DNA from: Octopus vulgaris
Taxonomy: Eukaryota
Length of the DNA: 64,000 nt
Reading direction: 5' to 3'
NCBI GenBank assembly: GCA_951406725.2
Contig: OX597823.1
Coordinates: forward strand, 57,846,001-57,910,000
Shown: positions 40,458-54,556 of the stretch, piece by piece
How the letters are laid out: the number at the start of each line of letters is the position of its first letter
Numbering within the stretch: the first letter of the stretch is position 1
Notes under the pieces: model-generated
The model's input: the letters and a program-made list of their open reading frames with translations, nothing else
Told to the model about the DNA's origin: nothing
Databases searched by the model: none
Position numbers and translations under genes: made by a program

Positions 40458-40840
40458 ATCTTTTCTATCTTTTAATTATTATAAATTTTCCACTGAGGAG
40501 GGACCTGGATTCCAACAAAGATACAAGGCTCCATCTTTGGGATGTAGTTAACACAGGCAAATGCACATTTGGAACTTGAGAAAAATCTTTTACTGTTCCA
40601 CTCACAGATTGGACTTGTAATGTACGAATCAGCCAGTTTATCCAGATTCCCCTTTAAGCATTTACTAAAAAAAACAGTGCTCCAATTATTATTGGTATGA
40701 ATATGAATTCAGACCATAGTCTGGATATAGAAGCTGGAGGTTTCAAAGCAGTTGTCCACAGATATGTGTGTCTTCAACTGCTGAAAGCTTAGAGAAGACC
40801 ACAAAAAATTGCTATTGCTAGTTGGTATCATTAGGCTGTA
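40458..40840 (-). mobile_element. RLE-type non-LTR retrotransposon 3' end
   Basis: GQLL*NLQLLYPDY, FIPIIIGAL, KCLKGNLDKL and IRTLQVQSVSGTVK, then a 3' UTR running into (TACA)n. Related to 58628-59200. Confidence 0.75.
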
Positions 40841-40878
40841 GTCGACATAATAAAATAATAGCTTTTCTATGCATGCTC

Positions 40879-41287
40879 TCTCTTTTACTTGTTTCAGTCA
40901 TTTGACTGCGGCCATGCTGGAGCACCGCCTTTTGTCGAGCAAATCGACTCCGGGACTTATTCTTTGTAAGCCAAGTACTTATTCTATCGGTCTCTTTTGC
41001 CGAACCGCTAAGTAACGGGGACGTAAACACACCAGCATCGGTTGTCAAGCAAAGCTAGGGGCACAAACACAGACACACAAACACACAAGCACACACACAC
41101 ACATATATATATATATACATATATACGACAGGCTTCTTTCAGTTTCCGTCTACCAAATCCACTCACAAGGCATTGGTCGGCCCGGGGCTATAGCAGAAGT
41201 CACTTGCCCAAGATGCCACGCAGTGGGACTGAACCCGGAACCATGTGGTTGGTAAACAAGCTACTTACCACACAGCCACTCCTGCTC
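40879..41287 (-). mobile_element. Full-length SINE family B with internal (CA/TA)n and 12-bp TSD
   Basis: CTATGCATGCTC at 40867-40878 and 41288-41299. Revcomp head GGAGTGGCTGTGTGGTAAG...GGGTTCAGTCCCAC. Confidence 0.9.
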
Positions 41288-41786
41288 CTATGCATGCTCA
41301 AAAACGTTTACCTTCCACGAAATTAAAGGATATAGTATGTATACAGAGAGAGAAAGAGAGAGGAGGGAGGGAGGGGTAGAATGAAAGACAAAGAGAGAGA
41401 GAGAGTGAGTTAATTAAAATATGCTGTTAGTGTATTCTGTACACCTGGGGAACATAATTATAAAACCAGAATTTATGACAGAAATATTCTGTTAATGCTG
41501 TAAACGTTCGCAGCGAGTAGTTTAGTTCCGTATTTCATAGTCACACGTTTATATATCCAAGGTTCTTCTTCTTTAATTAAGATCTAACTAAGCTATAACT
41601 AGAAAAATGTAGATATTGTAATCAAACTTTATAATACTAATTAAACATAAATAATTCTAATTTTACACTTCTGTGCATGGAAGTTACGCTAAGTTACGGG
41701 GACGAACCGCACCAACATTGATTGTCAAGCGATGGTGGTGGTGGTGGGAACACATTAAACTGATTATATATACACACACACACACA

Positions 41787-41832
<46 letters not shown>

Positions 41833-41833
<1 letters not shown>

Positions 41834-41993
41834 TGTTGAAGAGCGTAGGCTCGAAACGTTTAAGACTTGTTTTATTTATATTTCCTGAGCGCCATACTAA
41901 TACAATTGTTTGTTTGTATTCCACCAGCCTTCGTCTTTTGTTTATTTCCGTAAACCTGCCTTCGTCTTTTGTCTATTTTCATAAACCTTCCCG
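41833..41993 (+). mobile_element. Family H hammerhead-like element, copy 3 (5'-truncated)
   Basis: TTGTTGAAGAGCGTAGGCTCGAAACGTTTAAGAC...CCTGAGCGCCATACTAATACA. Confidence 0.8.
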
Positions 41994-42006
41994 TTATATA
42001 TATATA

Positions 42007-42386
42007 CTAGCAGTATCGCCCGGCGTTGCTCAGGTTTGTAAGGGAAATAACTATAAAGCATCTTTAGAGAGTTATAGCCAAAAAATAGCAAAAAAATGGG
42101 ATAAAAATGATGGTAAATTTTTTTTTGAGAGTAAAAAAAGGTTGAGTTGCGTCCCCTAGACAGTCTGTGGTTTGTTTTTTTTTATTCTCGACCCCATGTC
42201 GAATTTATCGATTTTTTTCAGAACTGGGGGAACTTTTCAAAATTTTCGCTGCGTTAGTTTTGAATTATGACATTGGGCTATGCGTGTGTCAAGTTTCATC
42301 AGAATCGGTTGAAAGCCGTGGTCAGGGTGAGGGTACGAGAAAACAGACACACAGAAACACGCACAGACAAACTGCCGTTTATATAT

Positions 42387-42391
<5 letters not shown>
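42007..42391 (-). mobile_element. Non-autonomous Helitron (family 2)
   Basis: Reverse complement of 1032-1408, with an intact CTAG terminus and TC start, in (TA)n. Confidence 0.85.
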
Positions 42392-42430
<39 letters not shown>

Positions 42431-42889
42431 GATGGGCTTCTTTCAGTCTCCATCAACCAAATCCACTCACAAAGCTTTGGTCGGCCCGAGGCTATAATAG
42501 AAGACACTTTCCCAAGATGCCACGTAGTGGAACTGAACCCGAAACCATGTGGTTGGGAAGCAAACTTCTTACCCTAGGGCCACGCCTGCGTCTATTTATA
42601 TTTGTTTCAATCATAACACTACGGTCATGAATACAGCATTGTAGACGAGTTTGTTAACGCCACCAGATGACTTACTAATAACAATTTTTTCCGTAGACCT
42701 GCAGAATCCCGTATTACTTACATCACAGCTCATCAGCCTTTGCGCAGCGGGCCAGAACCACCCGTGAATCATATTGTGCCGATCGCACAGAAACAATAAA
42801 TTTTATAATTTTATTTCTATTATATTGATTTCGCAGCCTGCAGGATGTTTATTGCATTATATATGCACTATATATGTATACATACATGC

Positions 42890-42956
<67 letters not shown>

Positions 42957-42957
42957 T

Positions 42958-42992
<35 letters not shown>

Positions 42993-44314
42993 CGCATACA
43001 CACACACACACGCACGCACACACACACACATACACACACATATATATATATATACATAAGAAATAAGGAACAAATTAATTAATGTCGTATATTCTTACCT
43101 CTCCCTATTTTTACTATGGTCTTATGTATTTGAGGAAAGCGGGTTATTTCAACTTGATATAATGCTTACATTAATTGATTAAATGGAGCTGCTTGAAACG
43201 ACCGTAATGCGCTCATACTTGGACATCCTTGTTATTTATTTGCTTTTTATTCACCTAACTTCGGGCTGTGCGGACCATACCGGACTGACTTGCTGCCTCA
43301 ACTCAAGTACCTAATTCAATTGAATCTTAATTATACATATCACCTCAGAGTTTCCTATGTTCCTATGTTCCCTGGTTTAATTCCTGGACGTGAAACATTT
43401 TCATATTAACGTTTCTATCCTTTCGGGAACCTCATCATTACCAATTCATTTCTGTGTTATGTTGTGGAACAAATTTTAAGAACCAAATTGTACCCAAACT
43501 CTGGAAATAACGTTGAATTTTGGAGTGTTAAACTTGACAGTATTTCTCTCATATTTGAAGAAGATAATATGAAAGCATTTTAAAAAGATGGAACGTGGAG
43601 TAAACAATTTATAATTTGTAATAAAAATTCTTTGCCTTTGGCAGCTCATATTTAATATCAGTCACAAAATTTGAAACATGAATTTTGAGAAAATACAGGT
43701 TGTGAAATTACTATGTCTTCATCTGAAATAGAAAGAAAGAAAGAAAAATAAAAGTCAAATTTTCTCTCTAAATAAAATATAACTGCAGAGAAATGATGCG
43801 TCCTAATTTTGTTTTAAACAACCCATATTACTTAGCTTGAGGTCATCACTGCTGCATGATTCAATAGCTTTCAAACAAGACCACCACACACTTTGCCGTC
43901 ATTTTTCTTATTTAAGAGGGGTAGACAGTTTTGAGGGTTTTTTTTTGTTTTTATTTCTCGCAGGTCACTTGAAAGACGACGTGAACACTAGCTTTTTTCG
44001 CACGAGCAGTTACCTTTTTCTCCGTTGATAGATGTTTCTATTCGGTCAAAACTATTTTCGATTTCTTTTATTACTTTCCATCATATTATTTCAACCTTAC
44101 ACATATATATTATTTTATAGCCTTCCCAGTACAATATTTCTCCTGTATTCTTTGTTGATTATTTGTTGTAGCTTTGGTTAATGTTGTTTTGGTTGCCGTT
44201 GTTAATGATAATGACGTTTCTTAAATTTTAAGTCACGTTAGCCTTTAAAATCTTAGGCTCATACAGCGCTTCTCTCATATTTAGTGGAAATTCTCGCCTC
44301 ATCGTTTGGCAATC

Positions 44315-44382
<68 letters not shown>

Positions 44383-44384
<2 letters not shown>

Positions 44385-44792
44385 ATTATGTTTTTTCCTT
44401 CTCTCTTCAAATGTTCTTCCGTTTCTCGCCAAGTGTTTTCGATACACCTAAGGCAGAGAAGGGCATTGTATGCATTCCCAGATTACAAGCGCAAATTCAC
44501 AGATAAAATATGTATTTGAAAGTTAATGAATAAATAAATTCATGGATGGATGTTATTTTCACATCGATAGTGCTCTTCTCAGTACATGAGCCGTTCCAGT
44601 TAATACGATTTTTGCACTTCCTGTAGGGATGGTAAGCCTGGAATCCTTTTCAAATAGGTTTCAGTACCTTTTTTTATCATTCCTAGAGATCCTACAATCA
44701 CTGGTACTGCAGTCGCCTTGAGATGCCACATTTTTTCAATTTCTATTAGCAAGTCTTTATATTTACTAATCTTGTCAAATTCTTTGGCCGCT
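44383..44792 (-). mobile_element. R4/Dong-clade retrotransposon 3' end (RLE C-terminus, 3' UTR, (TAA)n)
   Basis: IAAKEFDKISKYKDLLIEIEKMWHLKATAVPVIVGSLGMIKKG...IPGLPSLQEVQK, frameshift, GTAHVLRRALSM. (TAA)n follows the UTR. Confidence 0.9.
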
Positions 44793-44857
44793 ATATCATC
44801 ATCATCATCATCATCATCATCACCATCACCACCATCATTATCATCATCATCATCATT

Positions 44858-44891
<34 letters not shown>

Positions 44892-45026
44892 CCACCACCA
44901 CCACCATCATCACCATCACCACCACCAACATCATCACCATCATCACCATCATCACCATCATCACCACCACCAACACCAACACCAAACACCACCACCACCA
45001 CCACCACCACCACCACCATCATCATT

Positions 45027-45083
<57 letters not shown>
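44793..45083. repeat. Compound (CAT)n/(CAC)n/(ATT)n microsatellite
   Basis: Direct inspection. Confidence 0.95.
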
Positions 45084-45085
<2 letters not shown>

Positions 45086-45287
45086 GACAGTGAGCCTGCA
45101 GAATCATTAGCACGCCGTGTGAAATTCTTTAGCGGTATTTCGCTCGTCGCTACGTTCTGAGTTCAAATTCCGCCGAGGTCGACATTGTCTTTCATCCTTT
45201 CAGGGTCGATAAATTAAGTACCAGTTGAATGTAATTGACTTAGCCAATTCCACGAAACGACTGGCCTGATGCCAACATTTGAAACCG
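45086..45287 (+). mobile_element. SINE family A
   Basis: Head, GAGTTCAAATTCCGCCGAGGTCGAC and core. Confidence 0.85.
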
Positions 45288-46029
45288 TTATTATTGACGA
45301 TTTAATTCAGGCTCGTTCTTATTCCTGGTAAAATTTACTATCCGTAACTTTAGGTATCCACTAGTTTTCAGTAGTTTTTCACCTGCTTAAAATCCTCCTG
45401 ATAATATTTCCTGTTCCTAAAATGCAAATTTTCTGTAGAAGCTCTTCAGAACGTTCAATTCCAACACCCTTCAATCATTTGTTTATATCTTTAATTACCA
45501 CTTAATGTTAAACATAATATGCCTAACATAGAGATATGAAATATAAAACAGCGGACGACAAGCTTTCTTTTTCCACAGCAAGGCAGACGGAATGGGAACT
45601 GAAATAAAATTTAATGCAAATATGGTGTCAAAAATGGTATGTTTCTTGATGAGCATCGCCACATGAAGGACCCCGACGAAACTTGAATTACAATGAATGC
45701 CAAAGTTGAGTGAACTCGCCTAACTCTTATTCTCTGCATCATGAATATAAAGTCATTTACTTGGTTATGCTCGCGTCTGTTACTCACCTTTGATAAATTT
45801 ACTGAAGAGCTGCAATTCCTTTTCTCTCATTAAGTGGAAGTTGAAGACAATGAAGAAAACGCTTTTCTTATGACATAGCACCAATAAAGTGCAAGTAATT
45901 AGTAATAAAACAGGTCGTAAGCAATCATTTAGTTTGTTGCAATTTACAAAAGAAAAGGAAGAAAAATTAAACTTAACGAGAAGCTGTCTTAACGTGATAA
46001 TAATAATATTTAGAATATCTATAAAATGA

Positions 46030-46400
46030 ATATCTCTATCAGATGAAACAAGAAGGAGGACCTTTGCATAAGATTGATGGATCAGGAAAGAAACGAATGC
46101 AATGGAAATATTTCTAACGATGGTACAACAATGGGTGGATGAGAATTTAGTAGAAAACGAGGCTTTCAACTATTAAACTTAAAAAAGAGGTATAAGATTG
46201 AAAATTCAGCCACGGAAGTATTTATAGAATAGAAATAGGGAAATATTTATAGAATATAAGAAAGAGGGACTGAAGTTTAGGTACGAAAAGGAAAGCATCC
46301 GTTGCAAGTCCTTTGAGTCACATTCATCTCGCAAAATCATTTTGCCGTAGTCATGCAATTCAGCAGAACTTACAAGGGTTAATTTTGAGACGGTGAGTGT
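46030..46400 (+). mobile_element. Possible Tc1/mariner N-terminal remnant
   Basis: QMKQEGGPLHKIDGSGKKR (cf. GSGRPR), TRLSTIKLKKE and FSHGSIYRI. Multiple stops and frameshifts. Confidence 0.45.
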
Positions 46401-47619
46401 TTTTAATATCGCTCATGAAAAGAACAGGCACGAAAAATATGATTATATAAATAAAACAAATAAGAAATGTAAGAAACTGCACCTTAAAACCAGTACTCCT
46501 ATTAGGGGTGGTGACCTAATGTTGAAGCCCTGCATATGCCAGACTATTTTGTATTAACATGCGGTCCACAGAGGTATAGGGCCAAATATTTTCTTTGCAC
46601 AAACACTTTACTAAGTCCGACAAACTAACGGCTTTTTCATAATAAAATATCTCAGCAACAACAATACTATCAATGATAATATTATTGACACTAATAATAA
46701 CAGCATTAATAATTGCAACGACGACGACGACGGCGATGATGATGATGATGATGTCGATGATAATGATGATGATGATGATGATGATGGTCGTAAAATTAAC
46801 CATAAATAACTGAAACAAAAAACGAAACGGTTAAGAAGAATCGAAAAGACTTAGAAGAACAAAATGAGGCATATATTATTTCGGCAGTTATTGATGAAAA
46901 CGTTGGGTTAATGTCAGGGATAATACAGCAAGAATATTAAGAGGCTTTTGTGTTTTTATGGCTGCATTAATGGTGCACGAGAGTCCTTCATTTGCTTTCT
47001 TAAAGAGTTTCGTTTGAGAATGGTCAGGAAACATCATCAGAGAAGCATAACCACAAAGAAACTAAAGGTTCATTAATTGCTTTGGATGGTAGAAGATATC
47101 AATACATACATAAACATACACACATTCATGCATATGTTTATGTGAATTTGTAGATACACACAAACAGACACACACACACAAACATACGCACACACGTATA
47201 TGTTTACAGAGAGAGAGAGAGAGAGGGGGGAGAGACAGACAGACAGAAGGCGGAGGAGAGAGAGAAGAGAGAGAAAGAAAGAGAAATGAGAGTCATAAGG
47301 ATAATAAGAAGTATATATGTGCGTGTGTGTGTATGTATGTATATATTTATATATATATATATATATATATATAAATGTGTATATATACTTTTATATATAT
47401 ATACATGTATATATATATATATTATATATGCATACATAATATATATATATTTGTGTGTATATGTATAAAGAGAAAGAATGGGAGGGAGAGAGGGAGAATA
47501 AGTTTTACTTTCAACAATGCTTAGTTGTTTTGATAAACGTGTCTGTGTTGAGTAGACGTTGATTGTGAAGCATTATTACACTAATGTTAATGTTTGTTGC
47601 AACATATTAGCCGCATATA

Positions 47620-47690
<71 letters not shown>

Positions 47691-47716
47691 ATCTATCTAT
47701 ATGAATAAGTATGTTT

Positions 47717-47774
<58 letters not shown>

Positions 47775-47785
47775 TACATGTATAG

Positions 47786-47865
<80 letters not shown>

Positions 47866-47963
47866 CAGTAGGTATGAAATAATATGAAATAAGTGATTGC
47901 AATGTCATGAAATACTAATGCCAGTTCAAATCTGAGTCGTTGTTGATTCCACCGCCAGCCCCT

Positions 47964-47968
47964 AATAA

Positions 47969-48048
<80 letters not shown>

Positions 48049-48172
48049 ATACTAATAATAATAACAATAACAATAACAACAATAATAATAATGATGATAA
48101 TAGTAATCATAATAATAATAATAATGATAATAATAATAATAACAACAACAACAACAACAACAATAATAATTA
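47964..48172. repeat. (TAG)n/(TAA)n/(CAA)n microsatellite
   Basis: Direct inspection. Confidence 0.95.
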
Positions 48173-48997
48173 TAAATAAGGGTGGCAAAAACACTAATAT
48201 ACATTTAATCTAATATATATCTTGTGAACTCTTTCCCCACTCTCTTCATAAATCACTCCCCTTTATATGATTGCATTATGATAATGTTTCCTTCTGATGA
48301 GAAACTTAGTCCTTTTATATTTTATGAAGTTGTTATTGAACCCCGCGTCCGTAATAATCCGGCCGTTCTATAATCGATGCTACTCCTACCCGCCCCCCGT
48401 TTAGAGTTATAAAAAAAAACTACATTATTCACTGCGTCCAATGTGTTTAAGACGTTGCTGTTCAGCTGGAAATAGATATGGCTGTTATATTTAGCAGCCT
48501 GATCGGCCGTTTTATGGATGTATAATAGATGAGAATATAATGCTTCTCCTTTCTTCTGCAATAGTGCTTGCTTTGATAATTCATTTCGAAAATGCTTGAA
48601 AAGCATAGCATACCATTTGTTATGCTTTTAAGGGTATTTAAATATCGATTTCAAATTTAAGCAGAGGGCCAACAATATCTGAGGTGAGGGTACCTCGATT
48701 ACATCTGCTTGTCTTCCATAAACAACCTTGCCCGGACTTGTGCCAAAGGGGAACATTCTTTATGTTGCATGTCTCGTTTCTGTGTTTGTTTTTTCGTTGT
48801 TTGAAAAAAGTTCGTCTTCTATGTTTTTGTTTTTATGTTTACGTTTCTCATTGTGTTGGTATGTATATATATGTAGTTATGTACATATATGTATGTATAT
48901 ATGCATATATTTATATATTATTTATATTATTATATTATTATATGATCGAACGACACGCATCCTTTTCCAAGTAAGTTTTAGCTACACACACACACAC

Positions 48998-49028
<31 letters not shown>

Positions 49029-49133
49029 GCGCGCGTGCATATACGTACATATGCATGTATATATCTGATTCTATGTATGTATGTATGTATGTGTGTATGT
49101 ATGTATGTATGTATGCATGTATCTATCTATCTA

Positions 49134-49217
<84 letters not shown>

Positions 49218-50280
49218 GTCTGTCTGTCTGTCTGTATGTCTGTCTGTCTGTCTGTTTATCTATCTATCTATCTAGCTAGCTAGCTAGCTATATATCTATC
49301 TAATCTTTCTATCTATCAATTTGTTTCGTTTACTGCATTACTAAAGATAATATGAAGAACATTTGTATCTTTTATCACGTCTTGTGATGCTTGGTTAAGC
49401 GTTCGTTCTCATTCAGATCACATTCGAGTTTATTACTTATCGCTGGTTGATGAAGCATTAGCTAGAAACTGCAATATATTTTTCGAACGGATCCCACTGC
49501 CTAAGATCTGAACACGGCTCGGCTTAACCCGCACGACGGACGATGCGGTATCGTTATTCTTTAGAACTTTGTATTTATTTTGTATTTACCAGGACATATT
49601 CTTTTCTGTCAAATTATTACGTTGAAACCCTCGGAGAATTTCTTTCTGCTTCCGTAAGGTCCTATCAATTAAAACTACAACACAACAATAACAATATAAT
49701 AAAAAGGAAGAACAGCAAAAAAGCAACATACTCTCTGTTGGAAAATGAATGTATTCTGAATGACAACGAACGGTTAACCAAGCATCAGAAGACGTGATAA
49801 TAGATACAAATGTTCTTTATGTTATCTCTAGTAACGCAGTAAACGAAACATATTTCTTGTATTTTTTCTGATCATTTTGTCATGTCATTCAGAAGTCACA
49901 GGCAGAAATATGATTAGGATGAAATAAAAAAAAATGGAGAAAAAACATCCCCAAAATGTGCATAGATGTATAATATTCGATGATCGATTTATGTTTCTCT
50001 AATCTTTCAAACTGCAGCATCTAAAAGATTCAGTAATTTGGAAATAACGAATGATGAGCTTCTTAGTCATTTCTCCCGTTATGAATGATGACCTCAACCA
50101 GATTTCTTCTTTTGGGTTGCTTTCACCTTTCTGTCATCATAGTATTTTATCTCTTGTTTCGATGATGAGGAAAAATTAAAAAAAACAACGAAACAAGTAA
50201 TAAAAGAACAGAATTAGTTGGGCTGAAAATTTGAAATATACCAACAAACATACGCAGACAGAGACACGGACACGCGCGCA

Positions 50281-50327
<47 letters not shown>

Positions 50328-50402
50328 AAAAACGAAATGAAATATATATATATATATAGACATATATATACACGCACATGCGCACATACATATATAATCC
50401 AA

Positions 50403-50449
<47 letters not shown>

Positions 50450-51115
50450 CCACACACATACATATACATACATACATACACACATACATACATACATAGA
50501 AAGTACAGAAATTTAATGTGAGGATGAACATGTGTTAAATCAGTTACAATCCTAATACATCCAGTCATGGTGTATTGCTGTATGTGTTTATGCATGTGTA
50601 ACTCACGTACATATTCATACATATAAATATACATACATTCACACATTAACTTGTGTAGGTTGAACTATGTAAACTATAAGGGGAAGAGATCTAACTGTTT
50701 CTTGCAATACATACTACTACATACATCTAAAGTAAAAGTTTTTGAGGGGCCTTTAAAATACTGTTGGATCCCCAAATTAACATTTTGTTATGCAGACCCT
50801 CAAAAATTTTATATGGACCTTCAATGGCCATATGAACCCCGGTTGTGAACCACTAGTCTTATCTATCAATATATACTTCGTACAAGTGTCTGTGGAGAAC
50901 GGAGTTTACTACCGAACCATATGGTCCCAGGTTCAGTCCAGCGCCGTGGCGCCTGGAAAAGTGTCTTCTACTATAGCCCTGGCACGACCTAAGGCCTTTG
51001 AGTGAATTTCCTGAACACATACATATGTGTATGTATGTGTGTCTTCTCCCAACCCTGCTTCACGGGGTTCTCCGGAATAAGTACTAGGTTTTAAAAAAAA
51101 CAAGGACTATTCTTG

Positions 51116-51372
51116 AATTCATGTAAAAATTAGAAACTTAGGAATTCTACAGGACTAAGTAAATACGTTTGGAGTTTAAAAATGAAAGAAATTAATTATG
51201 AATTAAAGTGGGAGATAATATGTAAAGCTAAATCATATAGAATAGGAAATAGGTCATGTTTATTATATACCCATGAATTCATGGCGATTTTATAGTCTAA
51301 AACTGAACTTCTTAATACCCAAGATGAACGTAAAATTAAATGTAAACTTAGACTGAAATGCCTTATTAATAA
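51116..51372 (+). mobile_element. Penelope-like GIY-YIG endonuclease C-terminal remnant
   Basis: RNSTGLSKYVWSLKMKEINYELKWEIICKAKSYRIGNRSCLLYTHEFMAIL*...LLNTQDERKIKCK (cf. NST.LSKYIW.LK...W.I...C.LC..EK..I...LLN.R.E...KCRH). Confidence 0.85.
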
Positions 51373-52227
51373 CACATAGCCCTAAATTTTAGCGTAAGTA
51401 TTGTTAATACTATAATTATATAATTTTTTAATAGAAATAAAAACTTACTAGTGATTAAATGGGCGGAATAATACGGAATTATACGAAATAAAAAAAGTGA
51501 TATTCCCATGATGCATTTTTGAAGTTTCGTGAACCATGTTTTACTATTTAGACAATATGTTAATTAAATAATAGTTTAAAGTAGCAGGAAATAGGGTGTG
51601 AGTACTTCGCTGGACTTTACAATGTCAGGCCATAATTAGGACGTTGTAGGACAATGGAGCTATCTGTGAATTGCATATTTTCCTTACTTTACCATCAAGT
51701 TATATTTATTTTATTTATTTTTTTTTAAAGTTTACCATTCCTATCACTTGAAATTTTGCAGTTCGTATTAGAACTATAGCACTTTTATTTGAAATTATCT
51801 CTTCGTAATTGCCTCCATGTTTATTAACTTTTATTCTTGTTTTTTTTCCTTGCTATCTTTATTTTTACTTTTTATTTTTATTTTTAATCGTATTTTATTT
51901 TACTCGTATTTATTTTTATTTTTATTCGTTTTATATATTATTAAAATAGTATTTGTAAATTTAATTTTATTTGGAACACTATATATAACTAACATAGTTT
52001 TTGTAAATTTTCGTATATTTTTTGTGATTTTTATTCTTTACTTTAGTCGTGTAACTTTTATTTCTGTAACTTTTAATCTTTATTTGAATTTTTATCTGAA
52101 TTATGGCTTGTACTGTAGAGTCCAAGGAAACTAAACATACCTAATTTAAACACACATATTTTGCACATATTTACGGGATTTAAAACTTAAAATATAGTTT
52201 ATTGTATTGAACGTTGATAAAGTTATA

Positions 52228-52287
52228 AGGGCCTGATGATTAGGGTGGCTCTTGAGAGGGTTTTCCAGGGAAACACGGAGTGGTTTA
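52228..52287 (+). ncRNA. Decayed hammerhead motif with long stem II
   Basis: GGGC-CTGATGA-T-[TAGGGTGGCTCTTGAGAGGGTTTTCCAGG]-GAAAC-ACGGA-GTG-GTTT. Cleavage triplet is GUG and stems are rich in G-U pairs. Confidence 0.55.
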
Positions 52288-53047
52288 GGAACCCAAGGAT
52301 GTACTTCATGAAACACGTGTAGCCAAGGAATAAAACAGTAGGTATTTAAAATAAAAATAAAAATTCTTTTTATTTGGTGAGAAGTAGGAGTATACTATCT
52401 CTAAATTTAAAATATATTTCTTCATTGAGAATAATTTGAACCTCTGTTATGCTGGAATTGTTATTCCCTAAAACATTATATATTTATATATATATATATA
52501 TATATGTATACAGAAAACTCGAAAATTATTTATTCCCTATTACATATGTTTCATTACCAAATAGGAATTACATAGGTATGCATAAAGGAAAACATGTACT
52601 ACATCACCTATTAGTAATTCTTCAAACCAAGAACTGATATAATATATTAAGACAGAGATCGATAGGGATCGATCCATCGATGGGTAGATATATAAATACT
52701 TAGATAAATAGATATCAGTAAGCAGTGTCGATCACTTTAATCCCTCTTACAATTGCTATAAACACCAATCTTCTTGTTTACAGGGCATTTTTTTGCTATT
52801 CAGTTGGGGAATTCATTTGGCGTTTTACAACCAATCACCCCAAACATGTTGCGTACGATAACGTTCACCTTTTCACCTGTCCTTCCATCTGAGACGTCCT
52901 TACGAACCATCCCTCCTTTTGTTCAACTTCGTTGGAGTTAGAGAGGGGTAAGACAGATAATTTCTATGTCATCAACAATACATATATATCCATCATCCAT
53001 CCATGCATCCATTCATTCATTCATCGGAATATATAAACCTACCTACC

Positions 53048-53079
<32 letters not shown>

Positions 53080-53505
53080 CAATTGTATATATACAAATAT
53101 ATATTCACATATGTATATTAATACATACTTATATATCAAACCCTATTTGGAATTATTTTTGTGGGATGATTCTTTTTCTCCTTTATCGCCATTTTCCCTT
53201 CCCACGTTTGCATGAGTTCCTTCGTTGTTCATGTTCATCATTTCTTCCTTCCTTCCTATATTTTCTGATCTATTTATTTACTTATTTATTTATTTACATT
53301 TTTTCGTTGTTTATTTATTTGCTTATTTTCCCTTATCTACTTAGATTTCTTTGTTTATTCCTCTCCATTCTGCTTGTTCTTCACAGAAATAACTTTAGAT
53401 TATTTGGCTGTCAGCATGTGCCTCCAGGATAGTCTGAGTGACAAACAATGTGAATGATCACTCTCTCATGCTGAGCTCCAAGAAACACACACACATGCAC
53501 ATGTG

Positions 53506-53565
<60 letters not shown>

Positions 53566-54488
53566 CACACGCATATATTCATGCACACATATGAATATGT
53601 ACACACTTACGTCACACCTATAATATTTGTATAGGTTCTCAAATACAGATATATACAAATATATATATACACACACACATGCACTCACCTGCACGCACAC
53701 ACGCATACACACGCATATTATATATACTGACACATACACTCTCATATACATACGTACACACACACACTCACACACACACGCACACACACACACACATATA
53801 TACATATATACATACACACATACATACAACTTTATAAACACGGACATCATATTCACACGCACGTACGTATACACAAAACTAAACGTACATACATTGAGAA
53901 ATATAAATACATGTACATCATATACATAAATATAATCATGTTCACGCATACACACACACTCACATTCTTACAAAGAATTGTTGTTATTGAAATCTTGAAC
54001 AAACCCAAAGCGATTCGATTGCTTACAGAATGTAATGTTGTCGATTTGCAATCACCAACAACAACGACGACGACGCCAAAATCATCTCCTCCACCACCAC
54101 CACCACCACCACCACCTTCGAAGCCCATCAAAATTCGCTTATAATATCATTTACAACAATATATAGATATCTCTAACCCTCCAACGCCATGAATACATTG
54201 ATCAATGAATGCTGGACTCTTTGTTGTTTTTTTTTTGTGTGTTTGTTTGTGTTATATTTTTTTCTTTCATTCTACCTATTATTCTTCTGTTAAATAAGAA
54301 GATATCTTGACGTAGTTCCGCCTCGACATTTTTGCCATATTTGCAGAAATATTTCTGACGCCGTCAGTAAAATACTTTCTATGGTCTTGGTTTTTGCTAT
54401 AAAAGGCTGAGGGAGGGGGTATGGAGTAATTTTGGAATAGAGTAAGAAGAAAGTGGAAAACATTGAGTGAGAAAGAGAGAGAGCGCGA

Positions 54489-54529
<41 letters not shown>

Positions 54530-54556
54530 GGGCATTAGGAAGATGAAGACGAAATA

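Larger units (their letters stand above)
41686..42594 (-). mobile_element. SINE family B split by two nested insertions
   Basis: 3' part 41686-41825 and 5' part 42429-42594 match 40879-41287. Confidence 0.8.

Noticed and set aside
42715-42838. Minus-strand candidate exon (CAG|...GAT|GTAAGT) containing CTGATGA
   Set aside because: All three frames contain stops, the pyrimidine tract is poor, and there is no GAAA half for a hammerhead.
43940-44030. Strong-looking splice acceptor TTTATTTCTCGCAG (similar at 61283-61300)
   Set aside because: No recognisable peptide or matching donor; unsupported without transcript data.
48294-48311. CTGATGA-GAAAC-TTA-GTC hammerhead core
   Set aside because: Stem II is entirely absent and there is no stem I pairing; at most a deletion relic.
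50740-50856. hAT-like terminus CCCGGTTGTGAACCACT (also single ends at ~10390-10447 and 58190-58205)
   Set aside because: No partner TIR or 8-bp TSD found.
51100-52460. Possible mitochondrial insertion (very AT-rich; hydrophobic ORF 51817-52134)
   Set aside because: The recognisable part translates as a PLE endonuclease. The hydrophobic ORF reflects T-rich low complexity and shows no mitochondrial motifs.
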